From NCBI GenBank assembly GCA_013239625.1, contig MU054187.1:22261280-22325279 (forward strand): a stretch of DNA of 64,000 bases, given 5' to 3'. This stretch comes from Lama guanicoe (lineage: Eukaryota). Below the pieces are notes generated by a model, which saw nothing but the letters and a program-made list of their open reading frames with translations, did not search any database and was not told the origin of the DNA. The position numbers were made by a program, and so were the translations under genes. Of this stretch, positions 51,023-64,000 are shown piece after piece (position 1 is the stretch's first letter; each line of letters opens with the position of its first letter).

Positions 51023-52615
51023 GTACGATATAAATGGAAATGCTCCTGGCTTATTCTTTTTCTCTTACTCTGGGTATTAATTTTTTTTTTTTTTTTTTTT
51101 TTACTTTGGGTTTTCTTTTTACAGTTGATCGGGCCAATTGATTAGGTACATTCATAGTTTGAATGGGTATCAGTATCCCTGCCTTGGAGAGTCAGGGCCG
51201 TGTGGTTCACATGTGATGGATTCTTGTGAGACTGTCTTATCCAGACAGACGTGCACATAGTGAAACTCTGGAAATAATGCAGCTACTCCATCATTAACTA
51301 GTGAAATGGAGCTAAGATGTTCTCATGATCACATTTTGACATGTCCTCATGGTGCACACTATGTTCATTGCGTCCCAGTCTCTAATCCGTCCCATCTTTA
51401 AGAATGACTTCTCTATGCTTATAGAATATAACTCATGGGCACAATTATAACACTGAGGAATTATTTGTATGGAAATCCATCCAGTCTACATTATTTTCTT
51501 TCCCTAAAAAGGCAGAAGAATATTTAATCCATTTATAGCCTATTCCTGGGCCACTGAACTGTTCAACAAGAAGGGTGGGTACCCCTTTTTAAGGTTCCCA
51601 AAACCTGGAGACTTTTTTTCTAGTGTATTCTATTCCTTTCCCTAAAACCACCCGTCCTTCCATCTCTGTCTAACTGGAACTAACAGAGAACCCTGAAGTT
51701 TACCCAAACTTGAGGGTTAGACTGGCTCTGGAAAGCAATGTGGGGGGCTTCCTGGAAGTCTTTTTCTAGACATTTTCCAACAGCTCTTTCAAAAGAAATA
51801 AAAACAATGCAAATTATCCTATATAGTAAGGATGCTTTACAATTTCATGCTGTTGCACTTCGGCTGCGAAGACAGCTGTTGAAGAAGCTGCCCTGGGGAG
51901 GAAAAATGCGAGTCTGTTCCAGAGCAGGGAGCCTCTGCTCCCTAACTGCTTTGCTGAGGTTTTCAGAACTGTGTGAGGGACTCGGTTCCTCGCCCTCTTT
52001 TTTCAAAATGGAAAAGAATAAGGGAATTGTTCCATTCTAGACTATACTCCAGTTAAAAATTTTTTTTAAACCATTCTGCCTTCTGCAGAAAAAACCAGCT
52101 CAACTGTATGTCAGGTCACTGCAGGGCATCCTAAGGGAACTTATAACATCACCTAGTCCACATTCCAGAGGTCCATGACTTTGACCTGGAAGGGAGTTCA
52201 GTGGCCCCAAAACTGGTTTAAAATTTTAAAAGTTGAGGCCAAGGAAGACTACTTTACCTAGATGAGACAAGCCCACTAGCGAGAAACCAAACAAGTATTA
52301 CTACAAAGTTAACCACACACACACACAGCCCGAAGTCCTCCCAGGATCTCTGTGCTGGCAGTGCTGCTAAGATTTGGAGCTTGTCTTGTGCTTTTACAAA
52401 CTTCCCTTTTAAACTCCTGTTGTCTGCCTTGACCTGCAGACAGCTCTCCCTTTAGATTTGCTACTGTTTCCCTCTGTTTTCCCCGATTTGGACATTGTCT
52501 ATTTAAATACAGATAAGCCCCCCATAAGCCCGAGTCAGTCTGTAGCTTAGTGTTATCTTGCTAATGTAGCGTGCTCCAGGCAAGTTGATGGGCCATGTTT
52601 TCTTTCCTTCCTCAG

Positions 52616-52777
52616 GTGCAGATGAACGTGCTGGCGTTCAACAGGCAGTTCCACTACGGTGTGTTTTATGCGTACACAAAGCTGAAGGAGCAAGAAATGA
52701 GAAATGTCGTGTGGATAGCCGAATGCATTTCACAAAGACATCGAGCTAAAATTAACAGTTACATTCCAATCTTATAA
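52616..52777 (+). CDS. ATP6V0D2: ATP6V0D2 coding exon 8 (162 nt including TAA)
   Basis: Acceptor ttcctcag|GTG. Reads [53 protein letters not shown]. The eight exons sum to 1056 nt, all in frame. Confidence 0.98.
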   Translation: MQMNVLAFNRQFHYGVFYAYTKLKEQEMRNVVWIAECISQRHRAKINSYIPIL

Positions 52778-53600
52778 CCCAGTTGGGGGTGGGGGGGGCT
52801 CCAAGGCAGAAAGTCATAAATATTAAGAGGAAGTTACTGAGGGGAATAAAAGGAATTGCGTTCTATGATCTAGATCACACCAAAGTAAGCCTCACTGCAG
52901 ACCCCCCGGAAACGCAGCAAACCAACCCCAAAACAGTGTTTCATTTTCCTCCAGGAGCCTTAAATCTTGTTTTCCCACTTGTGTCTCATTCTTCACTGGG
53001 TCTTAGACATTCATTTTAATTAACCCTATGGTACTTCTCCTATTCTTGTTTTGTTCTTTTCAAAATCAAATCTAATAAAACGTTTCACCCTTGCTTTCCC
53101 ATGCTTCCCCAAGGGCCCAAGTACTGAGCATCTGCTTTACTTTTTAACTGTCTGTTTCTTCCCTAGGTCAACAAAACCCCAAGGCTGTACATAGCCAACG
53201 GATCACATATGGCAGAAAGTACCGTAATTCTTCTAATACACTTTGATCTGGTAGTCTTGGGAAAGCTCCACAATTCCAAATCATATCCCCTAGACGAAAG
53301 TTGTGTTAAATTTGTTGTTAAGCCTTCTACTTACAACTTATTTTCTCACAACTTTCTTTAAATAAAAAGTAAACCTTTCTTCCAGTTTCTTCATACTTTT
53401 CCTGAGAAAACAGTGACCCCCACTAGTTATATTTTATTCATTCAGAAGCATAAACCACAGAGGCAGTTTGCAGGATATGGATTCTCTGTAAAACCTCAGT
53501 AGAACTGATGCATAAGGCTCCCGAGACAAAGAAAAGGCAACAAACACCACTGAAATGCTTTCTTTAAAAATAAAGAATTCCTAAGTAGAAAATCTGTATT
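52778..53600 (+). terminator. ATP6V0D2: ATP6V0D2 3'UTR region with candidate polyadenylation signals
   Basis: AATAAA at 52845, 53074, 53361 and 53569, downstream of the stop. Which signal is used cannot be told from sequence. Confidence 0.6.
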
Positions 53601-53783
53601 CGCTATTTTTAAAAATTAAACATATATACATACTTGAAAGTTCTTTAAGTGAGAATATTTACAGAGAATATGCATAAACTGGTATCAAGAATTAGACACA
53701 TGGACAAGAAGTAAACCAATTCTTCTGCAAAAGTTCAACTTTTTTGGTAGAATATTTTCACAATTTTAGTGATAGGAATTTTT

Positions 53784-54014
53784 TTTTAATTTTTTATTGA
53801 TTTATAATCATTTTACAATGCTGTGTCAAATTCCAGTGTTCAGCACAATCTTTCAGTCATTCATGGACACACACACACCCACTGTCACATTTTTCTCTCT
53901 GTGAGTTATCATAACATTTCGTGTATATTTCCCTGTGCTACACAGTGCAACCCTGTCTATCCACTCTACAGCCTTGAAATCCCAGTCTATCCCCTCCCAC
54001 CCTCCACGCCCCTG
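53784..54014 (-). mobile_element. Young short L1 3' end downstream of the gene
   Basis: Perfect TSD AGTGATAGGAATTTTT at 53768 and 54015. tttattgatttataatcattttacaatg terminus. Confidence 0.92.
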
Positions 54015-54404
54015 AGTGATAGGAATTTTTAAGCATAAGGTGGAACAAGGGCTCATAGAGCCAGAAGGAGAGCCAAGCGCCCAGCCTCTCACCAGTGCAA
54101 GAGGCCCAGGCCACACCCTAATTCTGACAGCACCAAGGCAGGCGCCCTGTGCAGGGCCCCAGCGCAGATCATTCAGCTGGACCCAAAGAGCTTGCTCCGC
54201 ATGTGCAGCCTCTGGTCCGGGAAGCACCCTCCCCGACTTGCCCCTGCAGGCAGCTGCTGTCTGCCACTCTTTTTGAGTCCTGGATGCCAGGAGACACCAA
54301 TACTGTACATTTTTCACCTATGGTGTCTGCTGTACTGGAAGGTGAGGTAAGACTCTGGGCTTCTTTAAAGGTTGACATCAAAGATGCTGATAGGAAAGAG
54401 GCGA

Positions 54405-54896
54405 TGTTACCGAGTCCAAACTCATTCTGCTTAACGCACAAGAGACCAATAAATTGGGAGACGAGGTATTGGGACAAGAAATAACAACTTTATCCAGCAG
54501 ATCGAGAAGATGACAGACTAATACCCTGGAGAACCATCTTCCCCATGTCAGAATTCAGGCAGCTTTTATATTAAAAAGGGGAAGGGGTGGGCTGGTTGTT
54601 GCAAACTTCTTGGTGTCAGAATCCTTTGTTCTTGCAGCTGTCCATGAGGGTCAGGTGTAAACAAGACAAGTGTTATTTTCCATTCTGCAACTTTCAATCT
54701 TTATATGAATAGGAAAGTATTCTACCCTTAAAGGCCAGAGCCTTGAGAATGGGCTCGCCTGTCTGTCTCAGGCCACAGGCAACATTCTTTTACAAAAGGT
54801 GCAGAACCAGCGTGACTGAGCCCAGGAAACAGGGCACAGGGTCAGAGCCAAAGGAACAGGCCGAACATGGAGTCGGATTTGTTCTTGCCTATTACA
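54405..54896 (-). mobile_element. Solo ERV1-like LTR, same family as 55908-56352
   Basis: TGTTAC...ATTACA termini. Near-TSD gcga/gcca. Antisense TATA cttttata near 54562. Confidence 0.85.
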
Positions 54897-55907
54897 GCCA
54901 CTTAGAGAAAGTGGATGGTTCTCAGACCAAGCCCCTTCCCACCCACCTCTGCGTGAGGTGGGTGGGGGCCCTTCACGGCCACATCTCTCTTTCCCTCCAC
55001 ATAAGTAACGAAGATGTCAAGCCCCACACCCCTTCCCTAGCCACCGAGTCTAACCGCTGTGTGACTAGAGAGGAATTTCCTATAACCTCACGAGATAAAT
55101 AAAAAGTACCGCTCTCAGAGAAGAGGACGCACACCCTGCAATGTGAAGAACCTGCCTCGGACTTACAGCTTTTAAGTGTTGCTGGGCTCAGACTTCTGTG
55201 TCATACCTCAGGGGACTGTTCCCCACTGGAGAAGATGGACCTTTGAAAAACATTTCCTATTTGAGAAAATGAGGCCAAGAAATCAAGAGTACAGAGCAGC
55301 AAAGAAAACAATGCGTTTCTTTCTCTAAGTGATTGAAGCTGAGGCTTCTCACCACCCATTTCCCACCCTCTTCCCAAGAGTATTCCGTCAGTCTCTCAGA
55401 CTCCCACCTCTCCAGCCTGCTACAGTTGGTCTTCAAACACTCTATCCCAGTGAATTCTATACCCAGAATTGCCGGCAGTCTGGAGCCAGCCCTGCCTCTG
55501 CCCCTTGCAGGCTTCCAGCCACTCCCACCCCTTTGTCATGCCTGCTCCCTTTAGCATTGTTCTCAGAGGTTCCAGAGTCCTTTATCAGTTATCCTAGGCA
55601 GGAACCTGTTAGACCTCGAAGGTTTTGCAGTCAGGAGAATTAGTGGTGCTCTAGGGGAGTCAAAAGTAGCAATTGCATGTCTCATGATATTTGGAGAACA
55701 TAGAAGATGTGTAGTCCTTTTTTATTTGTTACAATGCTTTAGGGATGCTGAGAGCAAATGGAAACAACCCTTCTGAATCTGGGTGAGTTGGACCAAGGCT
55801 ATCTATTGCTCCACAGTGGAGGAATTCAGTTAACCATTTCCCCCCAGCATGGCAGCAATATAATAAGACATTGAGAAAGTTAAGTAAGTCTTTGTAGAGT
55901 GAAGAAA

Positions 55908-56352
55908 TGTAATAGAAAGGAACAAATCTGACTCCATTTTATATCTGTTCGTTTGGCTTTAACCCCGTGCCCTGTTCTCTAGGCTCAGTCTTGTGAGCTC
56001 TGCAGTCACATAAAGATAACATAGTTGCAGAATAGAGAATAACATTTGTTATTTGTTGTTGGAGGTTTTGCAGGAGCACCATGAGCTGACCCACACGGAG
56101 GGCTGCAGGAACAAAGAATTCTTGCACCAAGAAGTTTGTAACAACCAACCACACCCCTCCCCCCGCTTTTTTTTTTGGTATAAAAGGAGTATATATTCTG
56201 ACTGGGGGAGGATGGTTCTCCAAGACATTAATCTGCCGGCCTCCTGGTCTGCCAGCTTTCCGAATAACATCACTATTGCTTGCCCCAACACCATGTCTCC
56301 AGATGTACTGGTCTGTTGTGCGGAGAGCAGAGCAAGTCTGGACTCAGTAACA
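55908..56352 (+). mobile_element. Solo ERV1-like LTR
   Basis: TGTAAT...GTAACA termini. Perfect 4-bp TSD GAAA. tataaaa near 56179. Confidence 0.88.
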
Positions 56353-57228
56353 GAAAGACTTGGTGACGATCGGATTGGAGGGGCTTCGGTGGTAGTAATT
56401 TTTAAGTCTACCACTTAAAAAAAATGCTGTTAATAACGTCAGCTCTCACAGACAAGATGTAGCTATGAGAAGATTGCAATTGCAATTTCACCCTGTTTTG
56501 TCTTAGTTTCAGCAGCAGACAAAATTCTCCGTATTGTTTGATTCATTTCGGTCATTTTGAGTCATTTTTTCTTCCCTTTAGCAAATGGCAGCATTAATAC
56601 TAACGTGTATGGAATAGAATTGCTGAGAAATGTATGTGACAATATCAGAGCATATCATTCTTAGTGATTTCCCCCCTTATGTCTCACAAGAGCTGATGCC
56701 AGGAGTTCAGATGTCATTTTGGATTGCCACATAGTCGTAAAATTTATAAGCTTTATAAATATGAAAATAGGATGCAGGAACCATCAAAAGAGCCAAACCA
56801 CCTGCCCTAAGCAATTTCCCAGCCTCTTTTTCCTCTTTTACATCTTCATTATTCCGTCTGGCCTCCCATCAATTACCTTTCCACTCTCCTGCTTTCTCCT
56901 TGGTCACCTTGGGCGGCAGTTTTCAGTTTCCACCACCAACTGATGGCTTGATCACTAATTGAAATCCAGCTGGTCAGAGCACTGCTCAACATGGACAACA
57001 TCTGGCGGCTTATGCAAGGGAAGGCAAGGTGGAATTCTCTTTGGAAAGAAAAGAAAGTAAGTTAAGAAGATGCACGCAGAGACTAGGGTCAATCGATATA
57101 TTAGAAAGGAATTGTCCCCTGAGGATTATCACTTGACCTGATCTACAAAATGCCATTTAAAAGCCAGGATCATTGACAAGCTGTAAACATTTATCAGTAG
57201 CTCTGTGACAATTGCAGACTTCTGGTAT

Positions 57229-57985
57229 TGTAACCAAGCAGGGCCCTGTTGTCATCGGTGACCATATGGTATCTGTAACTGCTTAACTCTATAATAATTT
57301 AAAGGGTTTTTCTCCTGTTTTTGCTCACCAGGACTGGACTGGAAGGGGGGGGGTGGGAACTTGGGTGATCTGCCCATCCCCCCCGTTTTGCTCCCAACAC
57401 CTCAGAGACAGCAGTTGGGTGCTTTGTGCATCTTGTTGTTCACAACTCACCCCGACTGCGCATGTCTGCAGTTACTTTTAGCCCCTTATGGTTTCTCTGT
57501 GTTCTGTTGTCCCTGTCCGTGCAAACTCTGCAGTAAGAGGGTTCAGGCCTCAGCCTGCCTAAAACACCAGAAACATGTATCAACCTGACTTGAAACTGTA
57601 CAAGTTTTTCTCTAGAGCACTTTTCCAAAGACCCCGTTCCTAAGCACCTCTGTCTAGGCATAAGGATGCTAGAAGCGTTCCAAAGTCCGAGGTGAATATC
57701 ATACCTAGCAGAATAAGGACTGCTGCATCTACAAAAATAAAGACAGCTTTGCAACACATTGTTACCCTGTATGTGATCTCTATGGAAACCAGTGCCACCC
57801 CTTGAACTCTAACTGTAAAACCCCCTGCCTTCTCTCCCCAGCAGGCTCACCGTCTTAAAGGCATTAGCTTAATGTGACCTCCTTTGCCTGGCAAAGAAAT
57901 AGAGCTGCCTTTTCTACTTCATCCAAAACTCTGTCCTCGAGTCTCAGTTTGGTAAATAGGGTGCAGAGGCCAAGCTTTGGCAACA
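57229..57985 (+). mobile_element. Solo ERV1-like LTR
   Basis: TGTAACC...GGCAACA termini. Near-TSD gtat/gcat. U5-like aaaactctgtcctcgag...cagaggccaagctttggcaaca. Confidence 0.8.
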
Positions 57986-58151
57986 GCATCCCTGGGAATG
58001 GTGTTAACGTTCCAGCCAGTGTGGTTCTCAATGTTGGAAACAAGTTTTAAATATAAATCGATAAATAAATGAGAAAGTATGAGGTCTCCATTTCAGGTAG
58101 CAAGGACTAGGCTCCTAGTCAACAGAGTCAGCTGTCACGAGGACCAGCCGC

Positions 58152-58703
58152 TGTGGTTTTATGTGTCTGCATGTTCTCTGAAACTCCTCCCACCAGGAGA
58201 TGGGGTCTTTGTCCCATCTCTTTAAATGTGAACTGACTGGCCTTAGTGACTTACTCATAATCAACAAAATCCAGAAAAGCAATGCTGTGTGAGTTCCAAG
58301 ACAATGCAGTTTCCTTTGCTTACTGGATTCTGAAGTCCCGAACTACTGCGTAGGTAGTCCAGCTTCACTGAGCCTCCCCTACTGGGAGGAAGTCAAGCCA
58401 CATAAAGAGCCCAAGTACAGACACTCACACGACATGGAAAGACGAAGTTATATGACAGTCCCAGTTGAGCTCCAACCAAGAGCATCAGTTAGCAGCCATG
58501 TAGGGGAGCCATCTTGGAAGTCTGGCCCAGTCAAGCCTTCAGATACTAAGGCCCAAGCCAAATACTGCAGGTCAGATTCCAGGCAAGAGCTACCTCGGCA
58601 AGTCCTTCCTACTGACCCACGGAATCCTTGAGCATAAATAAAAGGGTTGTTGTTTCGAACCACTATGTCTGGAGTGCTTCTGTGCAATAATACAAATGGA
58701 GCA
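58152..58703 (+). mobile_element. MaLR (MLT1-type) LTR
   Basis: cagccatgtaggggagccatcttggaag...cctactgacccacggaatccttgagcataaataaaagggttgttgttt. Confidence 0.75.
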
Positions 58704-59199
58704 GTGGTGCTTGGTAGTCATCCCGTGAATGTGTCCGACAGGTTTTTGTGGCCTGTCTAAGTCATCCGCTCTCCAATCACCTTTGCAGGTGGTCAGGGCA
58801 GGTACGGTTTTCTGCACATATCACCTCTGAGCTGGAGGGGCTACCTCTATGCTATTTGAAGATCCCCAGAGCCAGATATGAACAAGCAACTTCAGGTGAC
58901 AATGTAGCATCTTGCTTTCCAATAACATCTGGCAGCACCAGATTTACTGACACTGAGTCTAGCTCTCCAGAGGTGAAAATCCTTACTACCTTTGTCATTT
59001 GTTGAACAAACAGCAATTTTAGATTTTAAATAATTTATGCATTTTCAGATGCTTCTTTTGTAGGTCTTTTAAAATTAAAGCAGTTCATTCTCTGTTCAAC
59101 TGTTAATGTGGAGATTAGTAATCTGCATAATATGGAATGCATATTTCATTGTATAAGATGTTCATTGTTTTTAAATTTTTGGCTTGTTTCAGTTTGGAT

Positions 59200-60070
59200 T
59201 TATCTGTTTATTCATTTTGAATTGAAATATAATTAATTTACACTGTTGTGTTAGTTTCGTTTGTACAGCAAAGTGACTCAGTTATACATACATATGTATC
59301 TATTCTTTCTCAGATTCTTTTCCCTTATAGATTATTACAAGATATTGAATATAGTTCTCTGTGCTCTACAGTAAAGCCTTGTTGTTTATCTAGTTTATAT
59401 ATAGTAGTGTGTATCTGTTAACGAATTCCTAATTTATCTGCCCCTTCCCCTTTCCTCCTTTGGTAACAAGAGTTGGTTTTCTATGTTTGTGAGTCTATTT
59501 CTGTTTTGTAAATAAGTTTATTTGTATCATTTTTTTTAAGATTCCATATATAAGTGATATCATATGCTATTTGTCTTTCTCTGTTTGACTGACTTCAGTT
59601 AGTATGATAAACTCTCATGGTTTGCATTTAAATACAAGAGTGAAATACTAATATATTACAGTTCATTTCTGCCACATCAAGAATTTTTTTACTTAAAAGA
59701 TTTTTAATTTTTTCAACTTTTTTGAGGTATAATTGACGAATAAATTTGTAAGATACTTAAGGTGTACAATATGATGATTTGATATACATATACATTGTGA
59801 AAGAATTCCCCCATCAATCTGAAAACTTTCTTCTCGTGAGTATGGAAACTTTCTACTTCCTCAGCAAATGTCATTTATACAACACAGTGTTATCAACTAT
59901 AGTCACCACATAATACATCAGATTCTAAGAAGTTATTTGTCTTATAACTGAACGTTTGTACACTTTTACCAACCTCTCCCTATTTGTGCCACTTCCCTGC
60001 CCCTGACAATCACTTTTCTACCCTCTGTTTCTACAAGATTTAACATTTTTTTTAGATTCTAAATGTAAGT
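59200..60070 (-). mobile_element. Two L1 3' fragments (59200-59610 camelid-type; 59705-60070 older type)
   Basis: attgaaatataatt...gattccatatataagtgat and ttttgaggtataattgac...ttagattctaaatgtaagtg. Confidence 0.8.
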
Positions 60071-60687
60071 GGAAATTAAAAGGAAATACATAGGTAAGAT
60101 TTTAGTAATCTTCATGATTAGATATTTTTAAAAATTCAATAACGTGTAAGATGTGTGGAGGCATGGAAGAGGGCGTGACCATCAATCCCCAGCTCCCAGT
60201 GTCCAGATCACGTGGTCATGTTCAAGGATTCACCCTGGTAGTGTGCTGAGTGGTTTATATGGAACAATAGAAAGGCTTTTCAGTAGGAAGATCAGAGGAA
60301 ATTTATGCAAGATCCACACAATACAAATAAATAAACATAAATCTTATCATAGAGAATTAACACTTCACACTTCAGCTGCGCCCTGTGCTGGATGTAATTG
60401 TGTGAAAAACCAACATTATCTGAGCCGTTGAATTTAACATAAGTTGTTAACAGTGGCTTTAATTATTCGGATTCAAATAACCCTTTAAGAATCTGATGAG
60501 CACTATGGACACCTTCCTTTAGAATAATAGACATTATACACTCACCTAAAATTTGCATACTGTTTGAAAAGACCATGGACCCTCTAAAATCCATTATGAG
60601 CAACCTAGAGGTCTACAGACTTCAGATTAGAAACCTCCACTGCATAGGCTGAGGAATGAAAGATGACAGATTAGAAAGCAATAGACT

Positions 60688-60894
60688 AGTGGGGAGGGTA
60701 TAGCTCAAATGGTAGAGCACATGCTTAGCATGCACAAGGCCCTGCGTTCAATCCCCGGTACTTCCTCTAAGAATAAATACATAAATAAATAAGTGACCTA
60801 ATTACCTCCCTCCCAAAATAAAATAAAATTTTAAAAAGACCAGACTCTCAGAATCAGAATCTCTGTGAATCTAATTAAAAGAAAAAAAAAAGAC
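60688..60894 (+). mobile_element. Vic-1-type SINE with a 3' extension
   Basis: ggggagggtatagctcaaatggtagagc head. TSD AGAAAG(C/T)AATAGACT at 60673 and 60895. Confidence 0.9.
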
Positions 60895-61264
60895 AGAAAG
60901 TAATAGACTGGAAAGGATTTTAATTTAATAAGTAGAATCTGGGTACTCATACATCCTTTTCATTTCTTACAAGGGCATCCTGTTGAGCTGAGCAAGTGAC
61001 TTTGGGATGGAAGCTGGTGCTTTGGTGGAAAGGGCTCCCCACCTGGCCAGCAAGTTCAGTCACATCAATCACGGAGATGATGGAGGGATGGAAGTCACAA
61101 TCAGTTTGCTCTCATACTAAATTGAAGTTATAATCCAAAACATCTAATGCTACATCTTAAAGCTATTGATGTACATAGCCATCAAATACATTAAAAAATG
61201 CTACTAGTTTTTTTGCAAGAAAAGGAGGTGAAAACTTTATGGATTGGTTGAAAATAATTGCTGA

Positions 61265-62715
61265 CCTATAAATACACTCAACTGATCTTTGAGAAAAGAG
61301 CAAACATAATAAAATGGAGCTAAGATAGTCTCTCCAACCAGTGGTGCTGAAACAACTGGACATCCACATGCCAAAAATGGATCTAGACATAGACCTTACA
61401 CCCTTCACAAAAATTAACTCAAAATGGATCATAGACCAAGATGTAAATCACAGAACTGTGAAGCCTGTAGAAGACAGCTTGGGGGAAAACCTGGATGACC
61501 TTGGGTATGGTGATGCCTTTTTTTGAGAAAACACTAAAGACACAATCTATGAAATTTCTTATCTAATTGATTACCTGGGCTTCATTAAAATTCAACTTTT
61601 CTTCTCTTCAAAAGACAACATCAAGAGAATTACAAGACAAATGATGGACTAGGATAAAACATTTGCAAAGACATATCTGATAAAGGACTGTTAGCAAAAC
61701 ATACAAAGAACTCTTCAAACTCAATAATAAGAAAATAAACAACCCAACTGAAAAAGACCTTAACAGAAGCTTCACCAAGAAAGATATACAGATGGCAAAT
61801 AAGCATACGAAAAGATGTTCTACATCATATGTCATCAGGGAAATGCAAATTAAAACAACAGTGAGATACCATTCCACACTTACTAGAATAGCCAAAATCT
61901 GGAACATGGACACCAAATGCTGGCGAGGATGTGGAGCGACATGACTCTCATTCGTTGCTGGTGGGAACACGAAACGGTACAGCCACTGGGGAAGGTAGTT
62001 CGGCAGTTTCTTACACGACTAAACATACTCTTACCATACAACCCAGCAATCCTCCTCCTCGGTATTTTCCCAAAGGAGCTGAAAATTTATGCCTGATGCA
62101 ACAAGCCAAATTTTATAGCAGCTTTATTCAAAATTGCCAACACTTAGAAGCAACCAAGATGCCCTTCAGTAGGTCAACAGACCAATGGCGGTACATCCAG
62201 ACAATGGAATATTATTCAGCACTACTAAGTCATGAAAAGACATGGAGGAACCTTAAATGCATGTTATTAAGTGAAACAATAATCTGAAAAGGCTGCAAAC
62301 CGTATGATCCCAACTATATGACATTCTGGAAAAAGCAAAATTACGGAAACAATGAAAAGATTAGTAGTTGTCAGGGGTGGTGGAGGGGGAGATGAATGGG
62401 CAGAGCACAGAGGATTTTTAGGTCAGTGAAAATACTCTGTATGATATTGTAATGATGGAGATACGTCATTATACATTTATCTAAACCCATACAATGTACA
62501 ACACCAAGAGTGAACCCTGAGGTAAATGATGGACTTGGAGTAATTAGGATGTGTTAATATAGGCTCACCCTTGGTACAAATGTACTGTTCTGGTGAGTGA
62601 TGTTGATATGGGGAGACTGTGAGTGGGGGTGGGAAATATAGGGAAAATCTCTGTACCTACCTCCCTCTCAGTTTTGTTGCAACCCTAAAACTGCTCTTAA
62701 AAAAAAGTCTTAAAA
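61265..62715 (+). mobile_element. Older L1M fragment (ORF2 3' part plus 3'UTR)
   Basis: ORF 61341 LTPFTKINSKWI and ORF 61931 WRYIQTMEYYSAL are L1 ORF2-like. acaccaagagtgaaccct 3'UTR motif. Confidence 0.9.
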
Positions 62716-64000
62716 ACATAAATAAATGTTGACCAGCTGCTATTCCCTGACGCTTACCTTCGGGATTGAATGATCAAATGGGAAAAACTACTTTTAAGGC
62801 TGCACCTTCAGTGAAATAGAAGAAAACTACGCTCTCACATTCCCTCATGGTGCCTGGAAATGAATTATTTCTACCTGCTTTTATTTACATAAAAGTCATC
62901 TTTTATTGCTTAAAGCTGAGTGAAAAGCTAAGGGGAAAAGCAGGGCACATACATAAACTCCTTAGTAAATGTTATAAATCTAGGAAGAGCAGGTGGAAAT
63001 TTAAATCGGTATATTTCCTAGAAGGAAACGTACATCTTTACATTCAGGAAGTAGCCCGTGCTGTCCTGGGCTGATGAGGCCATTTTCAGGCAAGACTGCG
63101 GAGAGAGTGATTGTGCATATAAATCAAAAACAGCTGGACACACAGCTAGCCAGCTCCCTCCCGGAGCCACATGGGGAGCATCAGTTGACGTAAGACAGGA
63201 GCAGTTTTAAAATGGGGGGGGGGCAGCAACAAGGAGAGAAGGGATGCTGCTGGAAAAATACAGCAGAAATCAGCAGTCAACAGAGAAAATGACTTTTTTC
63301 AAAATTAGCTCTGGATTGAAGCCAGGAGAATAGCCTGCTTCAGCAGACAACTTACCTGAGGAAAATAAGCAAAAGCAAATACCTTGTGGATGTTGAATGA
63401 ATACTCTTTAAAAATAAATAAAAATACTCGTAAAAAGCATTTTCTTTTTAAGTCAAATTAACGCTTTAACCTTTTCCTTCTAAGTTCTTCTAAGTTTTTC
63501 CTTGTATATTTTCCCAGTAGTGTATACCCATTTGAGCACTAAATTTAATGAGGTGAGAATAGGCTCAGAACAAGAAATTTAATGCTGATTTCAAACCTGA
63601 GTCACAGGCACTAGGGAAGCAACAGGTTTTAACCTCTCGAAGACCAAGATAAGGCAGTATGACTGCTTTTGCTCAACATGAAGGACCCACCATGATAGTG
63701 CAGAACACGTAAGTGTTCTACGTGTAGCTTAAGAAAGCTTAAGAAAGTTCATCTCAAAATCAACAAATGGTTAATGGAAAGAGATTCCCCCACCTCTGGC
63801 ATTCTACGAATGTGGTTGCAGGCACAAAGGAAAAGCTCCTTTTTCACTAACTGGAAACAATGAATGAGTCTGCCTGTTGTACAAAGCTGATGTAAATTGA
63901 CAGTCTTCCTTTTCAAGCTTGTGAAGTGCTAACAACCCTGTTACACGAAGTTTTAGGGACCAAACGATGCTGCCAACTGATGTAAGCCAAAAGCCCGAAT

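Noticed and set aside
3347..52777. Assignment as ATP6V0D1 or as a pseudogene
   Set aside because: The MLEGAEL N-terminus and INSYIPIL C-terminus are d2-type, the frame is intact and all splice sites are canonical.
53853..54484. Overlapping ORFs of 86-154 aa downstream of the gene
   Set aside because: They span L1 and LTR edges in a GC-richer patch, and I recognise no homology.
54405..56352. Possible provirus between two related LTRs
   Set aside because: The LTRs are inverted, have separate TSDs, and no gag/pol/env lies between them.
62720..64000. Exons of neighbouring genes (PSKH2 and SLC7A13 flank this gene in human)
   Set aside because: I recognised no kinase-like or transporter-like coding sequence at either end of the window.

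Overview
This is mammalian genomic DNA, very probably camelid (alpaca, llama or camel), judging by about ten tRNA-derived SINEs of the Vic-1 type and camelid-style L1 3' ends. The window holds one complete protein-coding gene, ATP6V0D2 (V-ATPase V0 subunit d2), on the + strand. Its 8 coding exons are 3347-3476, 16378-16549, 39593-39771, 40967-41046, 42319-42396, 49548-49724, 50945-51022 and 52616-52777. All introns are GT-AG and the spliced CDS is 1056 nt (351 aa plus stop). The rest is intron and flank, filled with L1 fragments, SINEs, MIR/L2 remnants, solo ERV and MaLR LTRs and DNA-transposon fossils, with two assembly gaps in intron 5. Almost all ORF-track entries are spurious or repeat-derived. 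The most notable unexplained structures are: (1) a 69-bp, 62/69-identity inverted repeat starting 12 nt after the exon 6 donor, which I cannot assign to a repeat family and whose predicted RNA duplex has four A:C mismatches (candidate ADAR or splicing element); (2) two copies of a chimeric L1 unit sharing the same junction between a camelid-type 3'UTR and an ancient-type L1M terminus; (3) several SINE/L1 insertions carrying short 3' transductions. I see no evidence for a wholly new multi-gene system.
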